Below are positions 37,950 to 51,759 of a stretch of DNA of 64,000 bases, in pieces (the first letter of the stretch is position 1; every line of letters begins with the position of its first letter). This stretch comes from Torpedo marmorata (lineage: Eukaryota). The stretch spans positions 28,024,001 to 28,088,000 of the forward strand of contig OZ360240.1 in assembly GCA_977017645.1 (NCBI GenBank), read 5' to 3'. The notes under the pieces were generated by a model. The model was not told the DNA's origin and did not search any database. It was given only the letters and a program-made list of their open reading frames with translations. Both the position numbers and the translations under genes were made by a program.

Positions 37950-39783
37950 GCGGAGATGGAGAAATTGAGAGAAGGGGATGGAATCCTTGCAGGGGACAGG
38001 GTGTGAGGAAGTGTAGTCCAGATAGTTGTGGGAGTTGGAGGGTTTCTAGTAAATATCGGTGGAAAGCTTGTCTCCTGAGATGGAGACAGAGAGATCCAGG
38101 AAGGGGAGAGTGTTATCAGAGATGGACCAGGTGAGTTTGAGATTGTGGTGGAAGTTGGATGCGAAGTGGATGAAGTTGACAAGCTCATCGTGGGTGCATG
38201 AGGCAGCCCCGATGTAGTCGTCGATATACCGGAGGAAGAGATGAGGGGTCTTGCCTGTGTAGGCTTGCAGCATGTATTGCTCCACAAAGCCCACAAACAG
38301 GCAGGCGTAGCTGGGACCCATGTGGGTACCCATGGCTACTCCTTTGATTTGGAGGAAGTGGGATGAGTTGAAGGAGAAGTTATTGAGAGTAAGGACAAGT
38401 TCTGCCAGGCGGAGGAGGGTGGTGGTAGAGGGTGACTGGTTGGGTCTTTGGTCCAGGAAGAAGCGAAGTGCTTTAAGACCTTCTGTGTGGGGGGGATAGA
38501 GGGATAAAGGGATTGGATGTCCATAGTGAAGATGAGGCAGTCCGGTTCAGGGAATCTGAAGTCATTGAGGAGATGGAGGGCATGTGAGGTGTTGCAGATG
38601 TAGGTGGGGAGGGATTGGACCAGGGAAGAAAAGATGGAGTCAAGGTAAGATGAAAATAGTTCGGTGGGGCAGGAGCAGGCAGAAACAATGGGTCTGCCCG
38701 GATGGTTGGGTTTGTGTATCTTGGGTAGAAGGTAGAAACGGGCAGTGCGGGGGTGGGGGAGAATGAGGTTGGTGGCCGTGGAGGGGAGGTGACCGCAGGT
38801 GATGAGGTCGGAGATGGTGTTGGAGACAGTGGCTTGATGTGCAGTGGTGGGGTCCTGTGGGAGGGGTCGGTAGGAGGAGGTGTCTGAGAGCTGTCGACTG
38901 GCCTCGGCAAGGTAGAGGTCAGTGCGCCAGACCACAACCGCACCGCCCTTGTCTGCGGGTTTGATGGTGAGGTTGGGATTGGAGGGCAGAGCGTTCTGAG
39001 GAGGTGAGGTTGGAATACGAGAGGGGGGTGGTGAAGTTGAGACGGTTGATGTCTCGGCGGCAGTTGGAAATAAAAAGGTCCAGAGCGGGCAGCTGGCCAG
39101 GACGAGGTGTCCAGGAAGAGGAAGAAGGCTTTAAGCGGGAGAAAGGGTCTTGATTTTGGTGGGGGGTGGAGAGTCACGGTCATGGAAGTGAGCCCGGAGG
39201 CGACGGAAGAAGAGTTCGGCATCGCGGCGTGCGCGGAACTCGTTGAGGTGTTGGCGGAGGGGAACGAAGGTGAGGCCTCTGCTGAGGACTGAGCGCTCCA
39301 TCTCAGAGAGGGGAAGGTTGGAGGGGATGGTATAAACCAAGCAGGGGTTAGAGTGGGGATCGGTGTTGTGGAGGGTGTTGGGGGGAGGGTTTATTTTGGT
39401 GGGGGGTGGAGAGTGACGGTGATGGAAATGAGCCCGGAGGCGGAGGAAGAAGAGTTCGGCATCGCGGCGTGCGCAGAACTCGTTGAGGTGTTGGCGGAGG
39501 GGGACGAAGGTGAGGCCTCTGCTGAAGACCGAGCGCTCCATCTCAGAGAGGGGAAGGTCGGAGGGGATGGTAAAAACCAAGCAGGGGTTAGAGTGGGGAT
39601 CGGTGTTGTGGAGGGTGTTGGGGGGAGGGTTTATTTTGGTGGGGGGTGGAGAGTCACGGTCATGGAAGTGAGCCCGGAGGCGACGGAAGAAGAGTTCGGC
39701 ATCGCGGCGTGCGCGGAACTCGTTGAGGTGTTGGCGGAGGGGGACGAAGGTGAGGCTTTTTTATTTTGGTGGGGGGTGGAGAG
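37950..39783 (-). mobile_element. Penelope-like element: N-terminal domain plus reverse transcriptase (frameshifted pseudogene, 3'-truncated)
   Basis: LSEMERSVLSRGLTFVP (PLE N-terminus), FYLLPKIHKPNHPGRPIVS, MDIQSLYPSIP, MGTHMGPSYACLFVG, FLRYIDD, LPFLDL: PLE-type RT motifs spread over several frames. Confidence 0.93.
39153..39783. repeat. 240-bp tandem repeat (2.5 copies plus start of a further copy) within the PLE 5' region
   Basis: attttggtggggggtggagag recurs at 39153, 39393, 39633 (period exactly 240) and again at 39763. Confidence 0.95.
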
Positions 39784-39910
39784 GCGCCTGCCTGCTTTTT
39801 ACTCATACCTTGAAGAAGAGCTCAGGCCCGAATCCTCGGTGATATATCTTTATCTCCTATGCCCACTGCGGGACCTGCTGAGTTCCTCCAGAATTTCTGT
39901 GTTTCTACTG
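39784..39910 (+). mobile_element. PLE terminal repeat in inverted orientation at the element's 5' end, with decayed hammerhead-like motif (39804-39845)
   Basis: gcgcctgcctgc...catacc-ttgaaga-a-gagc-tcag-gccc-gaatcctcggtgata...gacctgctgagttcctccag. Confidence 0.8.
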
Positions 39911-40011
39911 TGTTTAACGTCAGAGGCCAGAACGGATCTCTCTGAGTGGATCAAAGACGCAGCATGCGCCTTCAAGTCAGAGAGTCTGCCATGCTTCCTT
40001 GTGGTAGTACA

Positions 40012-40405
40012 GCCATAGAACCATAGAACATTACAGCACAGAAACAGGCCCTTCGAGTCTGTGCCAAACTATTTTTCTGACTAGTCCCACTGACCTACAC
40101 CCAGTCCATACATCTCCCATACACGTACCTGTCTAAATTCTTCTTAAATGTTAAAATTGAGCCCGCATTCACCACTTCAGCTGGCAGCTCGTTCCACACT
40201 CCATTCTCTGTGTGAAGAAGTTCCCCCTAATCTTTTCCTATTTCACCCTTAACCCATGTCCTCTGGTTTGCATCTCACCTACCTGCCTATATTTATTCTG
40301 TCTATACCCCTCATAATTTTAAATACCTCTTATCAAATCTCCCCTCATTCTTCTATGCTCCAGGGAAAAAAAACTCCTAAACTGTTTAACCTTTCCCTGT
40401 AACTC
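40012..40405 (-). mobile_element. CR1-like LINE 3' end
   Basis: ccatagaaccatagaacattacagcacagaaacaggcccttcg is a reverse-strand tail; the reverse complement encodes RMRGDLI and TRGHGL remnants. Confidence 0.8.
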
Positions 40406-42007
40406 CGTTCAGTTTGCTTGTCACCGTCTCCCATCATGGTTTTTGATACTGTCGAGAAACCTGTGTGTAAAGCGTTGAGAATGAGTGGACATTAACATAG
40501 AGGTGTACTAAAGTACAAAGAGGGAAACTGTTTTTACTGGCAACCAATGGAGCACAGCGATTGACAAAGTACCCTGAGCTGGAAATGGGAATTTTTAACG
40601 CATTGAATTCTTTTGATCTGGACATCATCACCCATTGTAGTAGGAATAAATTCAGGAGAAACTTTCATGAGGGAATCTGGCAAATACCTGAACAGGGAGA
40701 ATAGGTGGGGTTTGAAACTGACTCCTAAAGAACCAGTATAGACATGATGGGCTGAAGGGCTTCTTTCTGTCTCCATTATTCTAAGGCTTCATTATTCTAA
40801 TCACATGCCTTTTGGGAAGTGTCACAGAATAAGCTCATAGATCAACATATTAGTGCTTTCATTTACTGCTATTTTGCTTTTTAAAAAGACTTATTTTGCT
40901 TCCTGACTTTTCTTACTCCATCTGCCTCCTCTCCCTTTCTCCATTTGCACTCCATCTTTCATCCCCTCCCCCCTTTCACTCTGTCTTTTTCTCTGCATTT
41001 GTGTCTCTCTTTGTTCTGTACCATTCCTTGTCTACGAAGTGGACAATAATCACAATGAATAATTCTGTTTTGCTGTGTACATGCAGAGTCCTGTTTACGT
41101 TATTCATCCTTGCAGTCTCGCAGAGCGGTTCCGGCATTTCACTGCATGGCCTGGGTTCAATTCTAATCAGGGACTTCATTCATTTTGCCTCCCCTAATAG
41201 CTTGGTAGGTACAGTCTATTGTTAGTACGAAGTCACTTCATTTGAATAATGTGTTCATTTGAATTTTTTTTTGCACAAAAAGCCTTTAGTGCCCATTCAT
41301 TTACATGGCTTCAACTGAATAACAAGAACATTTAATATTTTTTAATGCAAATAATAACTTTGAATTAACAATCTAACATTAGCTGCTGTGTCTTCTGGGT
41401 GATCACCATACAGACTACTTCTAATCCTGGTTCAGTCTTGGTTTGTGTTGTGTTCTTCATTTGGCTCTCAGCGAAGGTATCTGGGAGCCCCTGTGCTAGG
41501 GAGAGAGATTTCAACTCATTGGCAGTTATTCAATGGTGAGTTATTTCCCAGATGTCATGTGAGAACAAGGTTGGGTCCTGCCAAACTGTCACCCCTCCCA
41601 CAAAGCCCAATCCCAGTCATTGTCCAGAGACAAAGACAAGTGATAGATGCTTGGATGAGGTTGGAACATATCTCTCAGCTTGAGACAATAAGAAGTCAAA
41701 AGGGTTTCAGAGACACTTGTGCACATTAGAAAAGTTTATCGACAATATTTAATATTGACGAAACTAATCGAGATGCTGCTTTTATGAGAAAGCTCAAGTT
41801 GGGATGGTGTATATAGCCAAAGGATATATGAGTGGTCAGCTGGTTGGAATCAATTTGTGAGCCTCATGTATGGTGTCACTATCCTAAATGTCACGATTAA
41901 ATTTCATGAATAAGACTATTGACCCAATTACAAAAACAAAATATTGGGATTGTAGTTGAAGGAAATGTTAAAAGGCAAAATAACGAGAAAGAGTACATTA
42001 GATGTAC

Positions 42008-42250
42008 GGTGGCACGATTAGCATAACGGTTAGAGCAATGCTGTTACAGCGCCAGCGATCGGGACCAGGGTTCGAAACCTGCGCTGTCTGTAAGGAGTTT
42101 GTACGTTCTCCCCGTGTCTGCGTGGGTATCCTCCACGTGCTCCGGTTTCCTCCCACTGTTCAAAAACGTACCGGAGGTTGAAGGTCAATTGGGTGTAATT
42201 GGGAGGCACGGGTTCGTGGGCTGAAAGGGCCTGTTACCATGCTGTATGTA
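42008..42250 (+). mobile_element. tRNA-derived V-SINE (HE1-like)
   Basis: A-box-like tagcataacgg, B-box ggttcgaaacc, V domain gttctccccgtgtctgcgtggg...ccggtttcctcccac, CR1-like tail. Confidence 0.9.
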
Positions 42251-43460
42251 TGTAGATACCAATTCATACACGTGCTGGAACAACATTTCAGTTCAACACA
42301 GGTGACTCCTGGGTGATGGAGGGGTTGTATTCCAAGAAAAATGTCCATATCACGATTTTCTATTACGCGAACCCTCTTTTCGCATTGACACTCACGTTAT
42401 AAGCAGAGATGTGTTCCTGTGGGATGTTTTTCTCTCATATTAAGCCATTTTTATCAGCAATGACAAAGCAACCCACTGCTCTTATTTAACATCTGAAGTT
42501 AACATTAGACTTGGGGGATGGACAAGGCTCATGTGCAAAAAAAAAAGAATGTTGACAATTTTAATTTTCAGCCAATTAATACAATGGACTGATAAGATTT
42601 GAATATGGACTGGGTTGGCAGTCACAGCTGAGTCCCTCCTTTGCCCACACTCTCCAATCTAAGGACATGGGAATGAATGTCTGAGTTCAGTGCTGCCGTG
42701 CTCTTCGTCTGCGAGGCACTTTATCTGACACGCAAGGCTCGTGGATTAGGAAAGGGATTTAGAAAGTGGGGATATAAGGGAAAGGGGTTGAATTTAAGGA
42801 TCGGGGTTCAGGGGAGAAAGGTGGAATAGAAGGAGTTCGTGGAGGTAATATGTTAAAGCGACCGACTTAGAAACAATGGAATAAAGGTTGAAAGACTACT
42901 TTAAGGAGCAAATGTATGAGCAGACCATGGCTGCTGCGTGGCCCCCCACAATCCAGCGCGTCAGAGAAAATGCTGCTCACTTGAAGAGCACAGCAGTGTT
43001 GCACTCTGAAAAGGATGGACTCAGCTGTGACTGCCAACACAACCAACACAGCGATGACATATCCAAATCTTACTGACCCACTCCATTGAGTGGCTAAAGA
43101 TAACTCTTGACAAAACTTCTTGTTTCTTTTGCATTGTTTTGTTCATTTAATTCCCCTCTTCCCTCCCTACTGCGCGTGCACGCGCGCACACACACAGTGA
43201 ATTTAAAATAATTTAAAATAAGATTGAATTTTATTGTGTCTCAAATTTTTGGGTAGTGATTTAAGAATTCCATAAGTGTGAATTTCTGTGATGCAAATGG
43301 TCATAATTCAGGAGGGGAGTCACCTGTATTTCTGCTTAAAAGGAACTGCAACATTCCAAGCTAAAACTGTGCTCACATAGGTTAGAAATTATGCAATGAT
43401 CTATTTTACTCCAATGAGATAAATATATTGCAGCAATTGCCATAATTAAGTGTTACTTCA

Positions 43461-43712
<252 letters not shown>

Positions 43713-44371
43713 TTAACAGAGGGCACCAATATTTCCTTTTGGTTATTATAGTTTAAGCAGTAAAGTGATTTTCCAACTCAAGTCATGTAATTGCAAACAG
43801 ACCAAGAGTAAAAGAAACCGCTGAGGTTTTGATGCTTCTGTGTGCGATGAGAAAGAATAACAAAAGATACAATCTCTGTGTTCCCTGTATTTTATTTATG
43901 ACTGATACAGAGGATTGAACTACTGAACTTGCACAGAGGTCTGGCATGTTGCCCTTCTTTCTGAGAGCCTAAAAGTCAGTTTAGCTGAAGATGATTTTTC
44001 ATAAAGGTCACATCTTGTTCCCTCAAATGACAACTAACATTAAATTTAATTAAAGGCACAATTCAAAATCCGCTGTCCGTTATAATCCCTTCTTATCTTT
44101 GGCTGGTGAACTCTTACAAATACAGACAGAAGTAATCTAGGCTGCCCACTGTGTTTGTACAATCACCAGCGGATTCACTCAAGCAATCTGCACGAACCCA
44201 CAAGAGAAAAGCCAAAAAAAATGCAGATGCTGGAAATTTGAGATAAAACTGGAAACTTCCAGAAATACTCAGTACGTCAGATAGCATCTGTAGGGACAGA
44301 AATAGAATTAGCATTTCAAGTTGATAATCTTTCATGAGAAGTGGAGAAAGTTTGGAAAGAGGCATGATTTA

Positions 44372-45241
44372 TTCAAGGTTCAAGATTCTTTTATTGCTAT
44401 GTTATAAAACAAATGTAATATTACACAAAATTGCATTTAGTCTGCCGAAAGGCAGATAGATTTGCCATCAGCAGAAATTGCCCAGCGCCCCTAACAGTCT
44501 GAGAAAGATAAGCAAAAGAGTCCCCCCAGAGTTACTAAGTGTCTGTGGATTCCCATCCATTAGCCTCTGCAGCCACAAAGACTTTAGTCCAAACTGTCGG
44601 CAACCTGAGCTCCAGATCCAAACCTCTGATGTGATCAGGAAGCCTTCAGCACCCAAGGCCCCTTGGGAGCCCCTCCCGCCCTCGGCACCTTCTCGCAACC
44701 CGGTTCCGATACCTGGTACCCCTTCAGCCAGTCTCCAGCAGTCCACAGCCTGGTGCGAGTCCTTTGACCGCAAGTCGCCAACAGCCCGCAGCCTGCGTGG
44801 GTTCCTTGCCTCGAGTCGTCAACAGCCCGCTGCCTGTGTGTTCTTCAGCCGCAGAGCTCCTCACTGGTCACCGTCCCGAAGAGTCATCTCCTCTGCTTCT
44901 CCTTCTCAAATGGGGGTGGGTGAGGGGGGGGGGGGTGGTGCGGAGGTGTTCTCCTATTTTCTGATGCCCTGCTCCAGTCCTCTGCTTTCCCGGAGTCTGC
45001 AACCCCTCGAGGCCGTTGCCGAAAACAGGCGCCGTCATCTTGGGCCCAGACCCCGTGGTCGTAGGTTTTTTAGAATAAAACACCGCCGGCTCCTTTAACA
45101 GGCTGTTTAAAGCCTGAACGGAGCCATCGGTAGTAGGACTGAGCTGTAGAACCCTGTCGCGGAGCGCTCTGTCTCCACTCTCCGCGGGTCCGCACTGGTG
45201 TAGGCACTGCCGTTACGGCAGCTCTGGCAGCGCCGCCATTT
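44372..45241 (-). mobile_element. Unnamed GC-rich non-autonomous retroelement (~0.87 kb), copy 3
   Basis: Minus strand starts aaaatggcggcgctgcc, has internal caagatgacggcgcc and ends aataaaagaatcttgaaccttgaat. Confidence 0.8.
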
Positions 45242-45802
45242 TTTATAAGTTGCAGAGAAGACAGAGAGTTAGAGAGGACAAAGGGAATGTCTTTGACAGA
45301 GTGGAGACCAAGAGGAACAGATGCAAATGGTGGTGCAGGCTGAAAAGGTGGCAATAGTTTGTTGTAAATTGATCTTCTGTCTCAAAGACAGATAAATTGA
45401 GCTAAACAAGGTCAGAGGAGAAAAGGAAACAAAAAAAAATCTGATCCTTTTTTCTCCATAGTTGTACTTTACAAATATTTACCAAATTCCAATATAAATT
45501 ATTCTCTACAATAGAGAAAAGGGACTCTCGGAACAAACCACAATCACGTCATCAAACCAAGAAATATCAGCCTTGAAATTCTATGGCGTTTTTTACACTA
45601 TACAAAAGAATTTTCACACAAGACACAGAATACATCTGGTTTTCAGTTGCTTGACATGCTAACACCAGAAGCACTCGGACATGCCTAGTGTTGAAGTGCC
45701 ACTAACTTTCACAGCCCCCTCATACAGAAGGAGGCCTTCACAATACATGAGGTCTGTTTTAATGTTAAAGGGAGACCAGCATGGTCAGATTTGAGTCTGT
45801 TT

Positions 45803-46360
45803 CATAGAACACCAAACAATACAGCTCCGAACAGGCCCTTCAGCCCATGACGTTGTGCTGACCTATATAAACCTACTCAACAATCAATACCTTCTCTACC
45901 TCCCACCCATAACCCTCTATTTTTCTTGCATGTCTGATAGTCTTTTAAATGTCCCTATTGTACCAGCCTCCACCACCATCCCTGGCAAAGCATTCCAGGC
46001 ACTCAATAGTCTTTGTGCAAAAACCTTACCCTTGACATCTACCCTAAACATTCCTCCCCTCACCTTAAACAGATGTTCTCTGGTTTTTGCTGCTGTCGCC
46101 CCGGGAAAAAGGTGCAGGCTGTCCACCATAACTCGGCCTCTCGTAATCTTGTAGACCTCTCATCCTTCTTTGTTCCAAAGAGTAAAGGACTAGCTCTGTT
46201 AACCTTGCCTCATAAGAAACGTTTGCCAATCCAGGCAATATCCTGGTAAATCTCCTCTGCACCTTCTCCAAAGCTTCCACATCCTTCCTGTAATGAGGAG
46301 ACCAGAACTGAACACAATATTCCAAGTGTGGTCTATCCAGAATTTTATACAGAGTTTTAT
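45803..46360 (-). mobile_element. CR1-like LINE 3' fragment
   Basis: EYCVQFWSPHYRKDVEALEKVQRRFTRILPG...EQRRMRG. Confidence 0.9.
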
Positions 46361-47339
46361 AGAGTTGGAACCTGGATCCATCTAAAGATTAATCCACTGT
46401 AAGTTATCTTCTTACCATGTACTCCCATCCACTATCCACCATCCCCCTGCAGCTCATTCTCTGAGTGTCTTCTTCAGACTACCAGCCACCTGACTGCAAC
46501 CTTATTTCCTGCCTTCAAATGATCATGGCCTCTCCAACTGATGTCCCAACCTGATCCCCAAGACTCCAATTCCTAACTGACTGGAGCTCCAATTTTCTTT
46601 CCTACCCGAAGGGCCTTGGTTGTTAGCAGCTTCCTGATTGTACTAGAGGTTCAGAACTAGTAGCTTGGGTTCACAGCTGGAGCGGACAGGAGGCTGTGCG
46701 GCTGCAGAAGCGCAGGAGGAAAATCCACGGACACTCGGCATCTCCAAAGGGACCTCCTCTTGCTTCTCCTTCTCTTATTGGTGAGGGCGCTGGGCTAGTG
46801 GTGCCTTTCTGGCAAGCAAATGTTTTGTGTATTTATGTGCATAACAACAAAGGAATCATGAATTATTGAACCCTCCATTGAATCCCCTCACCCCACAAGC
46901 TGCAAACGTACAACCACCAAGTTTCTCCATTCGCTGGTGGAAGAAAGACATGTGTGTGCACAAAATGTGCAATGCTCTGCAATGGGGCGTAATGTCTTGG
47001 GCCTTGTGTACAATTGTGGGCATTGCTGGAGGGAGTCCATCTACAGAATATGCACCCGCCATTTCCACACCCTAAGGTGCCCCTGATTATTCTCCATCAC
47101 TTCCTGTGGTTCACTGATATAATGTGCCTTTCTCCTGGACCTTCATTTTCCATTTATGTATCAACATGTCCTTAATGTACTTAAACACTATTTGCCATTC
47201 TTTTAAACACTAAATTTGGCTTGTGTATATTATCAAAGATCTTCAAAAAATTCATCCATACAGCCTTTCCTGCATTTCCTTATCTAATCATTGCAAAATG
47301 TCTTCATAAAAGTACAGCCAGCGGCTATACTTTGTGAGG

Positions 47340-47860
47340 TGTTTGAGGAGATTCAGTATGTCACCGAAGACGCTCAAAAACTTCAACAGGTGAACCATGG
47401 AGAGCATTCTGGCTGGTTGCATCACTGTCTGGTACAGAGGTGCCAACGATCAGGACAAGAAAAAAACTCCAGAAGGTTATTAACTCAGCCTGCGACATCA
47501 CGGGCACCAGACTTCACTCCATCGAGGACATCTACAAGAGGCAGAGTCTTTAGAAAGCAGCCTCTATCCTCAAGGACCCCCACCACCCAGGCCATGTCCT
47601 GTTCACTCTGTTTCCATCAGTAAAAAGATACAGGGGCCTGAAGACGAGCACTCAGCGGCACAAGGACAGCTTCTTCCCCACTGCCATCAGATTCCTGAAT
47701 AATCAATGAACCAAAGACACTGCCTTACTTTGACTTTCCGTGCACTATTTTTTATTTATTTTTGTAAGGTGGTTTATATAAATGTTTGCACTGTGATGCT
47801 GCCGCAAAACAACGAATTTTGTGACTTGTTCATGACAATAAATTCTGATTCTGAAATTCT
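47340..47860 (+). mobile_element. Rex1/Babar-like LINE 3' end
   Basis: Close paralogue of 16290-16745 with the same aataaattctgattctga tail. Confidence 0.88.
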
Positions 47861-48192
47861 GATAAAATTTGATTGTTATTTGTTCTTTGCAAACTGACTA
47901 TTCCTAATCAACCCGTGACTGTATAAAAGTTAACTTCATTGAACATTATGGACTCTGGAGCTTGTAATTGTCTTCATTTGACCACATGTAACTGAGTGGA
48001 AAAAGATAGTGAGAGATGGAGGCAGGGATGATGGTTTGTCAAGAGGGAAGCTCAGCATCCTGTCTCCAAAACGAAACTTTTTATTCCATCTGCCCCTGTC
48101 ACAAAGATCAAAGGTGAACATCCCTTGTGCACCTGCTGCATTTAGGTGAGGTCTATAAACTGGCCTTTGGGGACCAGCCTGTCACCATCATA

Positions 48193-48910
48193 CAGTAAAA
48201 CCCCTATTATCCAGAATTCAAGCAACCAGCAACCTCAAGCAACTGGCAAAGAAATTTTGACGAAAATAAATAAATAAATAATGAGTAAATAAGAATAAAA
48301 ATTTAAATATGATTAAAATTGTAAAAGTAAATGTTCTCTGAAGTAACACTTAAACTGAAGATGGGAGCAAATATTCAGCCAGCAGAGTGCCTTGTCATGC
48401 TTTGCTCATAGCAGCTGTTTGAATAAAGTTGTATGAATAAAATGGCGTCACCCAGGAAGAAGAGCTGGCTGATGCCGCTCGCCGTTGGGGTGACTCTCTT
48501 AAAGTGTTTCCTTATTCCTGCTTAGTAAGAGACTTTATCTTGATTTGTATATTATTAAGTATATTAGTAAGGCTTTATCTGTAAACTTGGGGGAGGGGGG
48601 GGTTAATTATGATGTTATTTTTCGTCTTTCGGGCGGCTCCGTGGAGAGGGAGGAACCTGCAGATGCAGCGACGGTTAAATGTTTTCAAAGAACGTGACTG
48701 AAAATAAAGTAAAATGCTTTTAGGTTTATATATTCATGCAGGTGAAGTTTGTTCAGTGTAAGTACAGTATAGTATTTTTTGTCTTTTAAACTGTTTATTC
48801 TTAATAGGTGTATTAGTTAGGCATAGTAAGAGTGGGTCTCAAGCAACTGGAAAACTTGGTTATCCGGCATCTACCAATCCCCGTAGGTGCCGGATACCAG
48901 GGTTTTACTG
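48193..48910. mobile_element. pogo/Tigger-type MITE, family 2 (long form)
   Basis: TIRs cagtaaaacccctattatcc...ggataccagggttttactg with TA flanks. Confidence 0.88.
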
Positions 48911-49242
48911 TACAACTGACAGCCAGTGAGAAAAGGTGTGGCATGCACAAAGGCAATAGAGGAAGGTAAGGCCTGGAGCTTCTGAGTGGATTCCATACAA
49001 GCTACCTGAGTGATGTGGCAAAATAATACTTTATTATTTAACATAAAAAATGAAAATGTTGTAAAATAGCAAATCACACTGCATCTGTTTGGACCTGAGG
49101 AAAAGTGTTTATCCATTCTCTTTCTCTCTCCATCGATGCTGCTTGACCTGCTGAGAATTGCCAGAACTTTCAGTTTCATTTCTGTTACCCAGTCACGGAG
49201 TTTTACAGCACCATTTTAACAGCCATTGATAAAAATAAAATC

Positions 49243-49490
49243 GGGCGGCACGGTCGGCGTAGCAGTTAGCGCAACGCTGTTACAGCGCCAGTGACTGGGG
49301 TTCGAATCCATCGCTGCCTGTAAGGAGTTTATATGTTCTCCCTGTGTCTGCGTGGGTTTCCTCCAGGTGCTCCAGTTTCCTTCCACCCTTCAAAAAACAT
49401 ACATGGGTTGTAGGTCAATTGGGTGTAATTGGGCGGCATGGGCTCTTGGGCAGAAAGGACCTGTTACCGTGCTGTATGTCTAAATTTAAA
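49243..49490 (+). mobile_element. V-SINE (HE1-like)
   Basis: ggcgtagcagtt A-box-like, ggttcgaatcc B-box, V domain, tail ctgttaccgtgctgtatgtctaaat. Confidence 0.9.
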
Positions 49491-51645
49491 ATGTAATCTT
49501 TCTTTTCAATGCCATGAAATAGTCCAGTACTTACCAAGGCTGTCCCTTTCTTCCCTTGGTATCTTTCCTGAACAGTTTATCGTTGTGCCAGGCCAGCTAA
49601 AGGAAGGCTCTAAAAGGTTCATAACTTCCAATCCAATTAGTCCTGATGGTTTCTAGTTTTTTTTTCCTACCATTGTCACGAATCTTCCCTTCACTTCCTA
49701 TTTAACTTCTCCAATATACCATCCATGCACATGATTAATGAGATTACTTATCCACACCCATGTTTATCCTTACTATTTATGTCATTGTAGAACATAAAAG
49801 TTTAAAATCATGCCTTATTTATAAGCAAGTTATTGCAATTCCTCAAAGTTCACTCAGATTTCTGAAAATTAGTATTCGGATGGCTTCTTCCAGTGGTGTT
49901 ACCCTGGAAAGGAAGCTGCCATTTATGGGCATTCCCCTTACTGGGAATGGGATGGAAAATTATTGAATTTTGAGTTAATTTTCACTTATGACTGCACAAA
50001 TAAAACTTATTAATAAGGAATTTGAGGAAATTGTTGAAACACGGTTTCCTGTCTATCACAGTAAGTACATTTGGAATTTCCTGTCGCATCGTCATTGGGA
50101 AAAATGTGCTTTTCAAAACCCTGTTGTAGCTTCAAGCGCCAGCTATGTTAGCTAGCTGGACAGAACAAAAAAATGATTATGGTGCTGGAAGACTGTTCAG
50201 CCCACACATAGATCAGAATTAAGCTTTGTTGTCCTTTTACAAAATACCACCACATATGTTGTTTACAATAGATTATTAAGATATACAATCACGGTAACTA
50301 TTTACATGGTTCAGTGAGCTATTTGCACAGTCTTCACCTTAACTTGCGCTCTTGTTAATTTGTACAAACATCATCTTTAGGGATTCATTTTCAGCTGGAT
50401 TGATTCCAAATTTACAGTAATCTGCCTTGTTTTCACAGTTGTTCTATACCACTACTCCCCAAGATTAAAAAGAAATGTTTTTGTTCAGCAATAATGGGGT
50501 CTTCTTTTAACTCTTTCGTTGCCATGAATGGGTAGGTTTGAAGTATTTTCACACTGGGTTGGATTCAATCTTAATGCCATGCAGGGATCCATTTTGCCTG
50601 AGTCAGCAATAAGTGTTCAGCGTTTAATCTAACCTTTAATGTTAACTTTTTTTTATATTTTCAGAAAGTTAACCCTAATGCACACTGACATCCTTCACAA
50701 ATGTGCTAAATGATTGCCTTAATGTGAGTTTAAAGTGACTGGCAGAAAAGATTTACAAAAGTGACATAAATGGAGGTGACAAACATAAGCAAGGACAACT
50801 GTAAGGTTTTCACATAAATTATCACAGACTTAAAGGCTGGCAAAATGCTTCTGCCTGATGCGTTGACGATTTACAGTCATGTTTATATTCTGGATATGTT
50901 CCTTGGTTGCCACGTCACTAAGCACCGGCATGATCAGACACTGCACTGCCATGAACCAGTGTGCGTTCACCTGCACTTTATTCACGTGCCTGTCGTAAGA
51001 GACAAATCTGAACAGGAATCTTTGTTCCTATTCTCCAGTCTCCAGCATGTTGCAGTACAATCATCTGCACTTTGTGAGGCAGAAGAATAAAATGTTTACT
51101 TAATCGATGAGCTACCAGACAGGTCTCTCGAACATTCGGCAGGCACAGTACTTCAGAGGACAATACGTTGACAGTAATTATAAACTTTTATTGTTTCAAT
51201 GGCATATCAAACACACCGGAAAGCACCGAACCGTGCAATAATCAACATGAACGTGGCCCCTAATACAACTTATGTCCTTCATTTGTTGCTATCTGTTACC
51301 AGACATCCTCCAATTAACCTCAAATATCTCATGGCCTCAGACTAACTCTCATATTTCCTGAGAAACATCATGGGACAACGGCACACTGAAAATTGTCATA
51401 ATCATATCTGCCATTCACTGGACTGCATCAACAAGAGGCATTTCCTGATCATGGTTTGCTCCAACACCATTTGAAGATGTAATAATTGGACATTCATACT
51501 TTTCCGTACAGACACTGGGGCCTTGATGATCGCTATGTATTCTGCATTTCACTGGCATTAGTGTTTTGGACTACTTATGCATATTTATATCTTTGGGAAA
51601 TTAATAAATCAGCACCAATTTAAATCTGTGCACAATTTAAACAGA

Positions 51646-51745
51646 AAGAATCAGAATCAGAATTTATTGTCATGAACAAGTCACGAAATTCAGTGTTTTG
51701 CAGCAGCATCATAGTGCAAACATTCATATACACCACCTTACAACA
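51646..51745 (-). mobile_element. Rex1/Babar-like 3' UTR tail fragment
   Basis: agaatcagaatcagaatttattgtcatgaacaagtcacgaaattc is the reverse complement of the 16.7 and 47.8 kb tails. Confidence 0.8.
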
Positions 51746-51759
51746 ATAAATTTTAAAAA

